From an uncultured Campylobacter sp. (lineage in GTDB: Bacteria > Campylobacterota > Campylobacteria > Campylobacterales > Campylobacteraceae), in NCBI RefSeq assembly GCF_963517995.1, contig NZ_CAUQHQ010000001.1:583-64582 (forward strand): a stretch of DNA of 64,000 nucleotides, written 5' to 3'. Position 1 is the first letter of the stretch. Each line of letters begins with the position of its first letter. The notes beneath the pieces are model-generated. The model was not told where the DNA came from. It ran no database searches and saw only the letters and a list, made by a program, of their open reading frames with translations. Of this stretch, positions 20,902-30,402 are shown piece after piece. Both the position numbers and the translations under genes were made by a program.

Positions 20902-23427
20902 TCACCACTTCATACCCGCTTCCAGCCAAAAGTTGCGGCCAAGGCCGTACTCGTAGTAGTTGCCCTCGTTTGAGGCGATAAATTTTTTGTTTAAAAGATT
21001 ATTTATATCAAGATTTACAAACGCTCGAAAATCGCCTGCCAGCCGCCTTTCGTAACCTATACGCATATCCCAAGTCGCGTAAGACGGTAGCTTTTGGCGC
21101 TCGTAGACGTACATCCCGCGCGTCCTATTCCAGCCGCCTAGCAGCGCGTCCGTTTTGCTCGTATAGTTTATGAAATTTGAAACGCTAAAGCCACTAAATT
21201 TAGCCGAGTGGCGAAATTTAGCGGTAAAAGGCACATGGTAATCGACGACGGGTAGTTCGCTTTTTTTGATGATTTTACCGTTATACGAGACGTCGTCGTT
21301 CATCTCGTCGTCTTCGTAATCCTCAAAACTCCTGCTTTGCTTCATAAAGCTTAGCGAGCCTTCAAAATCGTTTTTCACGCCCCAAATTTCGATCGGAGCG
21401 ATGTTTGACGCGCTTAAGGTTACGATGTCGCGCTTACTTTGCCCTTCGTTGGTAAATATAGAATATCCGTTTCCGTAGCCTGATAGCGGCTCTCTTACGT
21501 ATTTCATCGCTACTTCGTCGCGGCCTTGGCGTCTTACGTATTTTAGATTTAGCCTCGCATTGCCGACGTCGCCGCGATAATACGCGCTAAATTCGTCGTC
21601 GTAAGGCGTCTTTAGCTCCCTGATAGGGCGGCGGTTATTAGCCAGTCCGCCGCACGTATACGCCCCGCCGTAAGAGCTTCTCTCGCAAGTCTCATACATC
21701 CTGTACACGCCGTTATACATCTTATACGCGAAAAAATTTCGTCCGTAGTAGCGGTTTAGTCCAAGGCCTATGAAGTTTTTATCCGCGAATTCATACTCGG
21801 CTAGCAACCTCGGGGCTAAATTTACGTCGTTGTTATCGCCGTTTCGCTCAATGCGAAGCCCGGGACGAAATTTAAACGCGCCAAACCTCATCTCGTCTTC
21901 GAGATAAAGGGCGAGATTGGTTTGCGTAGCCTTGGTTTTTACGGCGTAGTAGTAGGTTTTTTTCGATAGATATTGACCGACCGCGCCCTGGGAGGCGAAG
22001 CTATCGTCTATGACGCATGTTTTATCGCCGGCGATGCACGTTCCGCTCATCAAAGGCTTTGGCGTGCCGTAGGATACGCGGGTGCGCGGTATCTCGTAGC
22101 TGCCGCTTTGTCTAGCTATCTCAAAACCCGATTTCACCAGATGCGATGCGCCCAGAGCCTCAAATTCCTTCACGCTTGCGTCGAATTTATACGCTAGCTT
22201 GTTTTGGCGTTGCTCAAAATCGTTTAGACCCCCTATGCCCGAGCCGAAATTCGGGCTAGGATTGGTTCCCCAGTTTTTGACGTTTGAGGGTTTGTAGCCG
22301 TAGTACTCGGTATCATGCTCATAGTCGCGGCTGTTTTGCGAGGCGGAGTAGCTAAGCGTTTGCTCTAAAAATACCCCCTCAAGATCGGCCTGCGCCTCGA
22401 GAGTCGCGACGTAACCGCCGTATTTTAGCGTGAGCTGGGAGTCTAGGTACCGCTTGGCGGAGGTGTAGTTATCTAGCCTAGAATACAAAAAGCTCGGCTT
22501 TAGCGTAAATTTATCGCTCACGCCCCAAACGCCTTTTACGAAAAGATTATCATTAGTCTGCCTGTCGTCCGGAAACGAGTATAAATTTTGATTTATCTGT
22601 TTTTTGTTGTAGTGGTTTTTTATGACGGATCGGTGCCTCGAGTAGTCTAGCAAAAGGCCGAAATTCTGCGTCAAATACCCCTCGGCGCCGACTCTATATC
22701 TGCGCTTTTTAAAGTCGCTCATATCGGCTAGATCGCCGTCGTCGTATCTTTGCGCGGCGGAGGCGTCTTTATAAATTTTACTCCAATCCCCGCCCGTATA
22801 AGAGTAGCTAAGCACGCCGTGAAAGCCGCTTTTGGGGTCTCTGGTTTTAGCGTTTACTGCGCCTCCTTGAAAGCCGCCGTACCTAGCCGAGACCGCGCTA
22901 TCTAGCACCTCGACGCTACCTAGCAGATCCGCATCTACGCTCATAGCTTGCGAGCCTATCGTGCTGTCGCTCCAGATGCTGTTATGGTTATTCCACGTGC
23001 TTTTTTTAGGGTCTAGGTCGTTATTTATGCTTGCGCCGTCTAGGGTAAAGTTATTTTGATAGTAGCTCGCGCCGTTTATGCTGATATCTTGCGGAGCTAG
23101 ATCGCCCGCGCGCACGCTTTTGGCGTTTTTCGCGCTAAAGGCGACGTTTGGATTGCCCTTTAAAAGATCGGTTATGCCGTGATTTTTCGACGTTATCAGA
23201 TCCATATCCGCGCGCGTTAGTTTTCCGGGTTCTTTCGTAGCGTTGGCGTCGGCGCTGACCTCGACTTTATCTAGCATGACCTCCGCAGCGTTTAGCGTAC
23301 TTAAATTTAACGCCTTTAATGCGGTTAAATTTAAAGAGTCTTGATTAGCGTCGCGACTCGCTACCGAATGCGAAAGCGGCAAATTTAACGCCGCAACCGC
23401 CACGAAAAGACTAGCCGTTTTTTTCAT
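20902..23427 (-). CDS. TonB-dependent receptor, YddB/FusA-like
   Basis: Plug motif PQDISINGASYYQNNFTLDGASINNDLDP, SARYGGFQGG, LKTPYDDE, C-terminal GRNFWLEAGMKW. Confidence 0.85.
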   Translation of the reverse strand: MKKTASLFVAVAALNLPLSHSVASRDANQDSLNLTALKALNLSTLNAAEVMLDKVEVSADANATKEPGKLTRADMDLITSKNHGITDLLKGNPNVAFSAKNAKSVRAGDLAPQDISINGASYYQNNFTLDGASINNDLDPKKSTWNNHNSIWSDSTIGSQAMSVDADLLGSVEVLDSAVSARYGGFQGGAVNAKTRDPKSGFHGVLSYSYTGGDWSKIYKDASAAQRYDDGDLADMSDFKKRRYRVGAEGYLTQNFGLLLDYSRHRSVIKNHYNKKQINQNLYSFPDDRQTNDNLFVKGVWGVSDKFTLKPSFLYSRLDNYTSAKRYLDSQLTLKYGGYVATLEAQADLEGVFLEQTLSYSASQNSRDYEHDTEYYGYKPSNVKNWGTNPSPNFGSGIGGLNDFEQRQNKLAYKFDASVKEFEALGASHLVKSGFEIARQSGSYEIPRTRVSYGTPKPLMSGTCIAGDKTCVIDDSFASQGAVGQYLSKKTYYYAVKTKATQTNLALYLEDEMRFGAFKFRPGLRIERNGDNNDVNLAPRLLAEYEFADKNFIGLGLNRYYGRNFFAYKMYNGVYRMYETCERSSYGGAYTCGGLANNRRPIRELKTPYDDEFSAYYRGDVGNARLNLKYVRRQGRDEVAMKYVREPLSGYGNGYSIFTNEGQSKRDIVTLSASNIAPIEIWGVKNDFEGSLSFMKQSRSFEDYEDDEMNDDVSYNGKIIKKSELPVVDYHVPFTAKFRHSAKFSGFSVSNFINYTSKTDALLGGWNRTRGMYVYERQKLPSYATWDMRIGYERRLAGDFRAFVNLDINNLLNKKFIASNEGNYYEYGLGRNFWLEAGMKW

Positions 23428-23754
23428 AATTATCCTTAGTTAAATTTATTCGTCGGCTTTGGGCGTTTGCGTCAAAACCGCGTATTTTAGGCGGCGATAA
23501 ATTTTACTCGCCTTACGTTTTAGCTTTAAAAAGTCGCTAAATTCGGCTAAATTTACGCCGCAAAATTTGTAAAAAGGCGGCTATTTGCGGTTCATCTTCG
23601 CAGCGATTAAGCTTTGTTTTTAAATGCGCTTTAAACCGCAAATTTAAACAAAAAACGCCGCCTAAATTTAGTCGCCGCTTAAAAAAGCTACGCCAAGCAG
23701 GGTTGCTAAAAATCCAAAAACCGCGCTAAGAGCTAAATTTACCCCGCGCGGGAG

Positions 23755-24021
23755 TTATTTTTCAGACTTTAAAACCGCTTGATAGCCCTGTTTTTTGAGC
23801 GCATCGACGACGGCGTTTTGGGGCAAATCGTCTTCAGCTATGATTTGAGCGGTTTTGGCTTCTAAATTTACCTCAAAATTTTTTACGCCTTTTAGCTCGC
23901 CAAGAGTCTGCACGATGACCTCGTAGCAGCTCACGCAGGACATATTGGGTATCTCGTAAACTAGCGTCTTGTCCGCAAACGCCGCCGCGCTAAGCGCGAA
24001 AACTAGAGCTAGCTTTTTCAT
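23755..24021 (-). CDS. Exported heavy-metal-associated (HMA) domain protein
   Basis: Signal peptide plus MSCVSC. Confidence 0.88.
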   Translation of the reverse strand: MKKLALVFALSAAAFADKTLVYEIPNMSCVSCYEVIVQTLGELKGVKNFEVNLEAKTAQIIAEDDLPQNAVVDALKKQGYQAVLKSEK

Positions 24022-24278
24022 TCTTTGATACCGACTTTGTATTTTTTAGCTTGGATGGCGCGCACGACGTCCATCACGTTTGCGCCGCTATCTGCGGTGA
24101 TATTTACGTCCTTGCTTTTTAGATCAAAACTCACTCTTTTTACGCCTTTGACGCTTTTTGCGGCATCTTCGATTTTCTTGGCGCAGCCGCCGCAGTTCAT
24201 GTTAGGTACATTTAGTTCGTAGGTTTGCTCTGCAAAAACGCTGCCGCAAATCGCCGCTAAAAGTAAAATTTTCCTCAT
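24018..24278 (-). CDS. Exported heavy-metal-associated (HMA) domain protein
   Basis: Signal peptide plus MNCGGC; 4-nt overlap with the next HMA gene. Confidence 0.88.
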   Translation of the reverse strand: MRKILLLAAICGSVFAEQTYELNVPNMNCGGCAKKIEDAAKSVKGVKRVSFDLKSKDVNITADSGANVMDVVRAIQAKKYKVGIKE

Positions 24279-24301
24279 CGTCGCTCCTTGAAAATAATAT
24301 T

Positions 24302-24319
24302 TGATATGAAATTGTATCA
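24302..24319. promoter_or_regulatory. Putative metal-regulator site overlapping an extended -10 for the HMA genes
   Basis: TGATA-N8-TATCA inverted repeat; minus strand reads TGaTACAAT. Confidence 0.35.
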
Positions 24320-24542
24320 GTATATTTCTTATATATTTATTATTTTGATTTATTTTAAATGTAATGTAACTTACGTTTCTATTATATTTAAGGCAAAATT
24401 TGACGGTAAATTTAAAATCGCCGCGTGAGACAACGTTTATTTTAGTTCTAAATTTTAGCCCTCCCGCGCCGTTTGCTTTTTGCTATTTTGGCGGTTTAAG
24501 ATTTATTCGTTTATTTGATAGTCGCTTAGTCTCGGGGCTCTG

Positions 24543-25538
24543 CTACTTCACCCTGCATCCCGTAGCCTCCGCCGCCTCGCAGACGAGATCGTAGAGCGCC
24601 TGGGCAAGTTCTGCTTTTTCCGGATATAAAAAATCTTTGGGGTGTATTACTTCATAGGGGGTTGTAGGATGTGGAGCATAATCTGATTTTGCCTCTTTTA
24701 TCAACTCCTCTTTTAAAGGGCTATCGCTATTTTCGATAACGGAAAGCAAACAGCTATAAAATTCATCGGTTACCTTAAATACGCAATTGTTTTTTGAGGG
24801 TTTCACTTTATCCAAATAACAAAATGACCAAAAGTTACACATAATGATATCCGCCTTAGAAAAATCCAAGCCGTCCATTCTGTTATCTACGTTTTCAGGC
24901 GGGATAATCTCTCCCTTACGCAGGTCTCCCGCCTTTTCCGCTCCGTAAAAAGAGCAGTCATATAGCGTCCCCTCAAAGGTGCAATCTTTCAGATTGGAAT
25001 ACCAAAAAAGCGCCTTGTAGATTTCTCCGCTAAATAGGCAGTTTTCTAACGATTTACAGCGATTAAATTTTAAGCGGACATTCTTTTTGATTTGGGTAAA
25101 ACGACAGTCTTTTAATGTAGCCCCTATAAAATCCCCCCATTTGTATTTGCAACCGGCAAAACTGCACGACAAAAAGGTAGCGCCATTTCCGCAAATAGCG
25201 TAGACGCTCAGTTCAAATACGCTTTCGTCAAAAATAACGTGGTCAATCACAGGGGTAAAATCGGCTGTTTCTTCAATGGCAAAATACTGCCACACCGAGC
25301 CCGTAAAATCGGCATAGGACAAGGAGGTATGGAGGGGTTTGGATATATTTTCCCACATATAGCCATTTCGCAAAGGAACTTGCGCTCTTTCACCTATGAG
25401 CTTAATCCCGCGAAAATCCTGCAAGCCCTCTTCCGTAAGCCCAAAAGGCGATACGCTAAGGTTTTTAGTCGCCGCAAGCACGTCTTGCAAAGCGGGATAA
25501 GCATCCCAACGTTTTTTGAGTTTGATCGAAATCGCCAT
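24543..25538 (-). CDS. Pentapeptide-repeat-like hypothetical protein, probably horizontally acquired
   Basis: ATFLSCSF, ATLKDCRF, NLKDCTF repeats; AT-richer, atypical codons. Confidence 0.7.
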   Translation of the reverse strand: MAISIKLKKRWDAYPALQDVLAATKNLSVSPFGLTEEGLQDFRGIKLIGERAQVPLRNGYMWENISKPLHTSLSYADFTGSVWQYFAIEETADFTPVIDHVIFDESVFELSVYAICGNGATFLSCSFAGCKYKWGDFIGATLKDCRFTQIKKNVRLKFNRCKSLENCLFSGEIYKALFWYSNLKDCTFEGTLYDCSFYGAEKAGDLRKGEIIPPENVDNRMDGLDFSKADIIMCNFWSFCYLDKVKPSKNNCVFKVTDEFYSCLLSVIENSDSPLKEELIKEAKSDYAPHPTTPYEVIHPKDFLYPEKAELAQALYDLVCEAAEATGCRVK

Positions 25539-25606
25539 TTTTACTCCTTTGTTAAATTTGTCTATTTGCGTAGATTTAAAGTAAAATTTGCTCGGCTAGC
25601 TCGGCT

Positions 25607-26293
25607 CTAAACGGCATTGTTTAGATCCCAGTCTATCGGCGCTTTGCCGTGTTCGGCGAGATATAAATTCGCCTTTGAAAAGTGCCTGCAGCCAAAAAAC
25701 GCGCCGCGCGCTAGCGGACTTGGATGCGCCGCCGTTAGCACGAGGTGGCGCGATGCGTCGATGAGAGGGATTTTGGCCTTAGCGGGATTACCCCAGAGCA
25801 TGAAAACGACGTTTTGGGCGCGCTCGCTAAGCCTCCCGATCGCAGCGTCCGTGAACTCCTGCCAGCCAAAATTTGAGTGCGAATTTGCCCGTCCCGCGCT
25901 AACGCTTAGCGTCGCGTTTAGCAGCAGCACGCCCTGCTTCGCCCAGTAGCTCAGATCGCCCGAATTTGGCTCCGCGATACCCAAATCGTAGTAAATTTCT
26001 TTGTAGATATTTTGCAAGCTGGGCGGGATTTTGACGCCGCGCGGCACGGAGAAGCTTAGCCCCATCGCCTGCCCCGCGCCGTGATACGGGTCTTGGCCTA
26101 GGATTACGACTTTGACGGTGTTAAAGGGCGTTAGATTAAAAGCGTTAAATATCAGCGCGTTTGGCGGATAGACCTCGCCCGCAGCCTTTGCTCGCAGGAA
26201 ATTTTCCTTCACGCGGGCGAAATTTTCGCTTAAAAACTCCTCTTTTAGCGCCTCTTTCCAGCCCGCTTCGATTTGGATTTTATCTATTTGCAT
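25607..26293 (-). CDS. ung: Uracil-DNA glycosylase
   Basis: GQDPYH, GLSFSV, HPSPL motifs; ATG 26293 has RBS. Confidence 0.97.
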   Translation of the reverse strand: MQIDKIQIEAGWKEALKEEFLSENFARVKENFLRAKAAGEVYPPNALIFNAFNLTPFNTVKVVILGQDPYHGAGQAMGLSFSVPRGVKIPPSLQNIYKEIYYDLGIAEPNSGDLSYWAKQGVLLLNATLSVSAGRANSHSNFGWQEFTDAAIGRLSERAQNVVFMLWGNPAKAKIPLIDASRHLVLTAAHPSPLARGAFFGCRHFSKANLYLAEHGKAPIDWDLNNAV

Positions 26294-26483
26294 ATTTTTC
26301 CTTTGTAAATTTGCTCTTCTTCTTTGCATTCATTTTAAGGCAAATTTACAAAATGATAGCCAAAAATATTTAAATTTAGACGCATTTGGTTTGCTAAATC
26401 TTTAAAATAATCGGGAGCTGCAAGGCGGATATTTTAAAATTTGCTGTATAATCTAAACTAAAATTTAAACCAAAGGAATAGCG

Positions 26484-26972
26484 ATGTCAGAGCAAATTTT
26501 CGAGAAACTAAAAGAGCTGCTAAGCGCGCAAAACGCAAACTTTCGCGCGGTATCTCACGAGAGCGTCAAAACCTCGGCCCAGGTCGCCGCAGCGCGCGGC
26601 ACGCAGCTAGGACAGGGGGCTAAGGCGCTCGTTTGCGCCATAAAAGGCGGCGGCGCCAAACGATACGTTTTGGCGGTGCTGCCTGCTGATTACAAGGCCG
26701 ATTTGCAGCTCATCGTGCAGGCGCTTGGCGGATCAAGAGCAAGCCTAGCAAGCCCCGACGAGGTCGCGAAGCTAACGGACTGCGTACCCGGCAGCGTTCC
26801 GCCCTTTAGCTTTTGCGAGGAGCTAGAGCTGATCGCCGATCCTAGCTTATTTACGCGCTACGACGAGCTTGCCTTTAACGCAGGCTTGCTAGATCACTCT
26901 ATCATTTTAAACGCAAAGGACTACGAACGCATCGCCCAGCCAAGGTCGGTTAAATTTGCGGTCGAGCAGTAA
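26484..26972 (+). CDS. YbaK/ProX (YeaK-like) aminoacyl-tRNA deacylase
   Basis: GQGAKALV, GSVPPF, FNAG motifs. Confidence 0.9.
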   Translation: MSEQIFEKLKELLSAQNANFRAVSHESVKTSAQVAAARGTQLGQGAKALVCAIKGGGAKRYVLAVLPADYKADLQLIVQALGGSRASLASPDEVAKLTDCVPGSVPPFSFCEELELIADPSLFTRYDELAFNAGLLDHSIILNAKDYERIAQPRSVKFAVEQ

Positions 26973-27115
26973 AATCCGTATGATTAAATTTGATCCGAAT
27001 TTCGGTGAGTTAGGTTGAATAAATTTTGCGCAATTAAATTTAAATTAGGCAAATTTGCTAGTGCACGCCGAATTTGCCCGAAGTAGACACAGCCGCGCAA
27101 AAAGGCAAAATTTGC

Positions 27116-27367
27116 TTATTTTTGCAGCTCTTTTAGATTTTTAAAGCGGTAAATCCCGTTTTTTACGCGCTCAAAAATTTTACGGCTTTCTAGCAGTTTT
27201 ATCGTCTCTATGACGGTTGGTTTGCTAGCGCTCGTTTGCTCGCAGATTTGCGAAATTTTAATGCAGATAAAGCCGTTTTCGTCGGCATTTTGCGCTAAAA
27301 ATAAAATGATTTCCGTCTTTTTCTCGCCCAAAATTTGAGCAAAAATTTCCCTTGCTAGCCCGTCCAT
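27116..27367 (-). CDS. Small winged-HTH protein
   Basis: ISQICEQTSASKPTVIETIKLL...RVKNGIY; divergent from xth. Confidence 0.7.
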   Translation of the reverse strand: MDGLAREIFAQILGEKKTEIILFLAQNADENGFICIKISQICEQTSASKPTVIETIKLLESRKIFERVKNGIYRFKNLKELQK

Positions 27368-27425
27368 CAAAGTCCGAATTTCTAAATTTTTCGCTATTAT
27401 AGCCGTTTTTTATAAAGGACAAAAT

Positions 27426-28196
27426 TTGAAACTAATCAGCTGGAACGTAAACGGACTGCGCGCCGTCGCCGCTAAAGACGGCTTTGCTTGGCTAGAGGAG
27501 CAAAAGCCCGATTTTTTGGGCCTTCAGGAGATCAAGGTGCGCGAGAGCGACGTGCCCGCCGAGATTTATAAGCTCGGATTTAACGAAATCAGCGTAAATT
27601 CGGCGACTCGCGCGGGGTATTCCGGCGTGATGAGTCTGGCTAAATTTAGCTCCGCTACGCAAAAAGCGGCGTTTTTTGATGACGACGAGGGACGGGTTTT
27701 GGAGCATAGATTCGGCAACGTCGCGCTTTTTAACATCTACTTTCCAAACGGCCAAAAAGACGAGGCGCGCCTAGCCTACAAGATGGACTTTTACGCTAAA
27801 TTTTTGGCGTATATAGAGGAGCTCGTAAAGCAGGGCAAAGACGTGATATTTTGCGGCGACGTAAACACCGCGCACCGCGAAATCGACCTCAAAAACCCCA
27901 AAGCAAACGCCAAAACCTCGGGCTTTTTGCCTATCGAGCGCGCATGGCTGGACGAGGTCGTCTCGCGCGGCTTTATCGACACCTTTCGGCACGTGCGCGG
28001 CGACGAGGCGGACGCGTATTCGTGGTGGAGCTACCGCTTTAACGCCCGCGCCAAAAACGTCGGCTGGAGGATCGATTATTTTTTCATTTCGGCAAACCTC
28101 AAAGACCGCCTAAAAGACGCCTTTATCCTAAGCGAAGTCACGGGCTCTGATCACTGCCCCGTCGGCATAGAGATCGATCTGGACGGACTTTGTTAA
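27426..28196 (+). CDS. xth: Exodeoxyribonuclease III / AP endonuclease
   Basis: SWNVNGLRA, LQEIK, GDVNTAH, GWRIDYF, SDHCP. Confidence 0.96.
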   Translation: MKLISWNVNGLRAVAAKDGFAWLEEQKPDFLGLQEIKVRESDVPAEIYKLGFNEISVNSATRAGYSGVMSLAKFSSATQKAAFFDDDEGRVLEHRFGNVALFNIYFPNGQKDEARLAYKMDFYAKFLAYIEELVKQGKDVIFCGDVNTAHREIDLKNPKANAKTSGFLPIERAWLDEVVSRGFIDTFRHVRGDEADAYSWWSYRFNARAKNVGWRIDYFFISANLKDRLKDAFILSEVTGSDHCPVGIEIDLDGLC

Positions 28197-28509
28197 AAGA
28201 AATCTTGCTTTATTTTGCGGCGGCGTTTTTTGAGATTTTGGGCTGCTTTAGCTTTTGGGCGTGTATTACAAAAGCACGCTGTTTTTGGGGCTCGGCGGAG
28301 CGTCGCTCGCGGCATTTGCTTATATTTTGACGCGAGTAAATTTAGACTTCGCCGGGCGTGCTTACGCCGTTTACGGCGGCATCTATATCGTCTCGTCGCT
28401 ACTTTGGCTGCATTTTGTAGAAAAGCAAGCCTTTACCAAATGGGACTTAATCGGCGGCACGATTTGCCTGCTTGGCGCTTGTGCGGTGCTTTACGGCAGT
28501 AGAGGGTAA
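28190..28509 (+). pseudogene. ynfA: YnfA (UPF0060) family membrane protein, frameshifted
   Basis: Frame from TTG 28190: MLKEILLYFAAAFFEILGCFSFW; continues in another frame as ...AGRAYAVYGGIYI...WDLIG; shift near 28259-28265. Confidence 0.8.
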
Positions 28510-28672
28510 ATTTCAAATTTACCGAAATTCTCGCTTCTATCTTTTATAAATCTTTACAAACCTTAAACAACTGCTAAATTTAAGCTCCGATATATATATA
28601 ATTATAATTCTATATACTTGAGTTTTAGTTGCGGTTTTACCGCCTTTTTACGCTTAAATTTAAAGGAGATAA

Positions 28673-29134
28673 ATGCGTTTATTGTTTAACATCGTTTGGT
28701 GGGTGCTATTTGGCTGGTTGGTCGCCCTCGTTTTTTACGCATTAGGAGTCGTTCTTACACTTTTAGTCATTACCGCGCCCATAGGCCTTGGGCTGATGCA
28801 GTACGGCAAATTTTTACTCGCTCCGTTTTCCATGGAAATGGTAAGCGAGGCTAAATTTCAGCTGGATGCCGATAAAAATTCGGCATGGAAAGCTTACAGC
28901 GGCATCGTGATGATAGTCTACGTCCTTTGCGCGGGCATTTGGCTAGCTCTTGGCGTCGCGCTTTCTGCATTTGCTCAGGCTATCACGGTAGTGGGTCTAC
29001 CAAACGCCTACGTGCTAGCCAAGTCTCTTGGCACGGTATTTAATCCCGTCGGCAAAAGATGCGTTAGCAAAACCGTCTCGGACGAACTAAAACGCCGCGC
29101 CGCGAGCCAAAAAGTAGACGAGATGACTAGGTAA
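28673..29134 (+). CDS. YccF domain membrane protein
   Basis: NIVWWVLFGW...ITAPIG...LAPF and second half-repeat ITVVGLP...NPVG. Confidence 0.88.
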   Translation: MRLLFNIVWWVLFGWLVALVFYALGVVLTLLVITAPIGLGLMQYGKFLLAPFSMEMVSEAKFQLDADKNSAWKAYSGIVMIVYVLCAGIWLALGVALSAFAQAITVVGLPNAYVLAKSLGTVFNPVGKRCVSKTVSDELKRRAASQKVDEMTR

Positions 29135-29204
29135 ATTTAGGGCTCAAAATTAAGGCGGGCGGCAATGCCCCTTAAAATATACAAAATTTAAAAAGGATAA
29201 AAAA

Positions 29205-29534
29205 ATGAAAAAAGCGATTTTATCGGCGGCGGTTTTACTTGCTCTTAGCGGTTGTAGCTATCTTTCTATGGAAAAAGGCACGGATATCTCGCAGGCGACG
29301 ATGGAGCAAATAGTAGTAAACAAAAGCACGCAAAGCGACGTAGAGCGAATAATCGGTTACCCGCAAAATAAACAAAAGCTCGGGGACGGCGAAATTTGGT
29401 ATTATGAGTTTTCCAAGGTCGGATATCTGGGGAACAAAGACGAGAAAACCGTTTTTGAATTTGACAAAAAAGGCGTCGTCGTCAAAAAATACAAAACCGG
29501 CGGAAATAGCAAAAATCCGCTTACCGGTAAGTGA
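29205..29534 (+). CDS. SmpA/OmlA (BamE-like) lipoprotein
   Basis: Lipobox LSGC; STQSDVERIIGYP, WYY, FEFDKKGVV. Confidence 0.8.
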   Translation: MKKAILSAAVLLALSGCSYLSMEKGTDISQATMEQIVVNKSTQSDVERIIGYPQNKQKLGDGEIWYYEFSKVGYLGNKDEKTVFEFDKKGVVVKKYKTGGNSKNPLTGK

Positions 29535-29603
29535 TTTAATAGCCGAAAATCGGCTATGCTTTACACTCGTTTCGGCTGATCTTGCTTTAGCGGGCCGCGC
29601 TAA

Positions 29604-29873
29604 TTACGATAGCTTTTTCCATTCGCCTAGCGAGTACAAAAAAGGATTACGAAAAAGAATTAAGATTTCATCTTTTAAATCTTTATTAACTATTAACGTA
29701 TTTAAATAGCAATAATTTCTAGTTAAAAGGATATCTCTATGCGAGTCCGTATAAGCCGCCGCCGACAAGCCTTGTTTCGGATTTGCTAAATCCGGATAAA
29801 CGACCTCTTATTTTATTTTCCATCCGATTGTTCTTACTAGATAAAACGCCTCATTTGCGATTTTGCCGAATTT
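29604..29873 (-). pseudogene. Possible decayed gene fragment downstream of the 169-aa gene
   Basis: Own translation KFGKIANEAFYLVRTIGWKIK*EVVYPDL...LNTLIVNKDLKDEILILFRNPF...; one in-frame stop at 29808-29810, AT-rich. Confidence 0.35.
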
Positions 29874-29879
29874 TTATTT

Positions 29880-30389
29880 CTATCGCTTGCGCCGCTTATT
29901 GGCCTTTAAATTATTCGCGTTTGCGTCTTTATATACCCATAACTCTTTAAAAACGAAATCATAATCTAAAAAATCGGTTAATTCGGAAAAATCGTCGAAT
30001 TCTTCCGGTAAAGGAAACCCGATACCCCAAATCCTATCGACCGCGACGAATCCGCCCCAAGCGACCTGCTCGGTCGTATTTTGCAAGATATCTGCTACGC
30101 TCATCCCCGCCCAAATGCGCCCTTTTGACGTTTTATAATATCCGTTAAAATTTACGCCGCACGAGATAAGGGAAATTTCAAAATTTATAGGGTTGAAATA
30201 AATATCCAAAAACGATTCTTTTATTTTTATGCAGTCGTCGCGTATATCGCTTATTTCGTAGCCTAGTTTGTCTAATTTGCTAAAGATATCATTAACGTTT
30301 TCGCCCAAATATATACCCACGACTCCGACGTTTGGAGCGATGACGTCGCCTAAAATTTTCATTTCGTTTGCGCCGGTTTTAGTCTGCAT
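29880..30389 (-). CDS. Hypothetical acidic protein, immunity-like
   Basis: Clean ORF (alternative ATG 30362), AT-rich, IAPNVGVVGIYLGENV start, acidic C-terminal region. Confidence 0.65.
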   Translation of the reverse strand: MQTKTGANEMKILGDVIAPNVGVVGIYLGENVNDIFSKLDKLGYEISDIRDDCIKIKESFLDIYFNPINFEISLISCGVNFNGYYKTSKGRIWAGMSVADILQNTTEQVAWGGFVAVDRIWGIGFPLPEEFDDFSELTDFLDYDFVFKELWVYKDANANNLKANKRRKR

Positions 30390-30402
30390 GCGTTATCTTG
30401 CT

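Noticed and set aside
20060..20973. Short ORFs in the lemA-receptor spacer
   Set aside because: Low-complexity K/R/NL/KF-rich translations of AAATTT filler, without RBS.
27116..27367. wHTH gene as a plasmid or phage replication protein
   Set aside because: No origin, integrase or other mobile genes; host-like composition and tight divergent linkage to xth.
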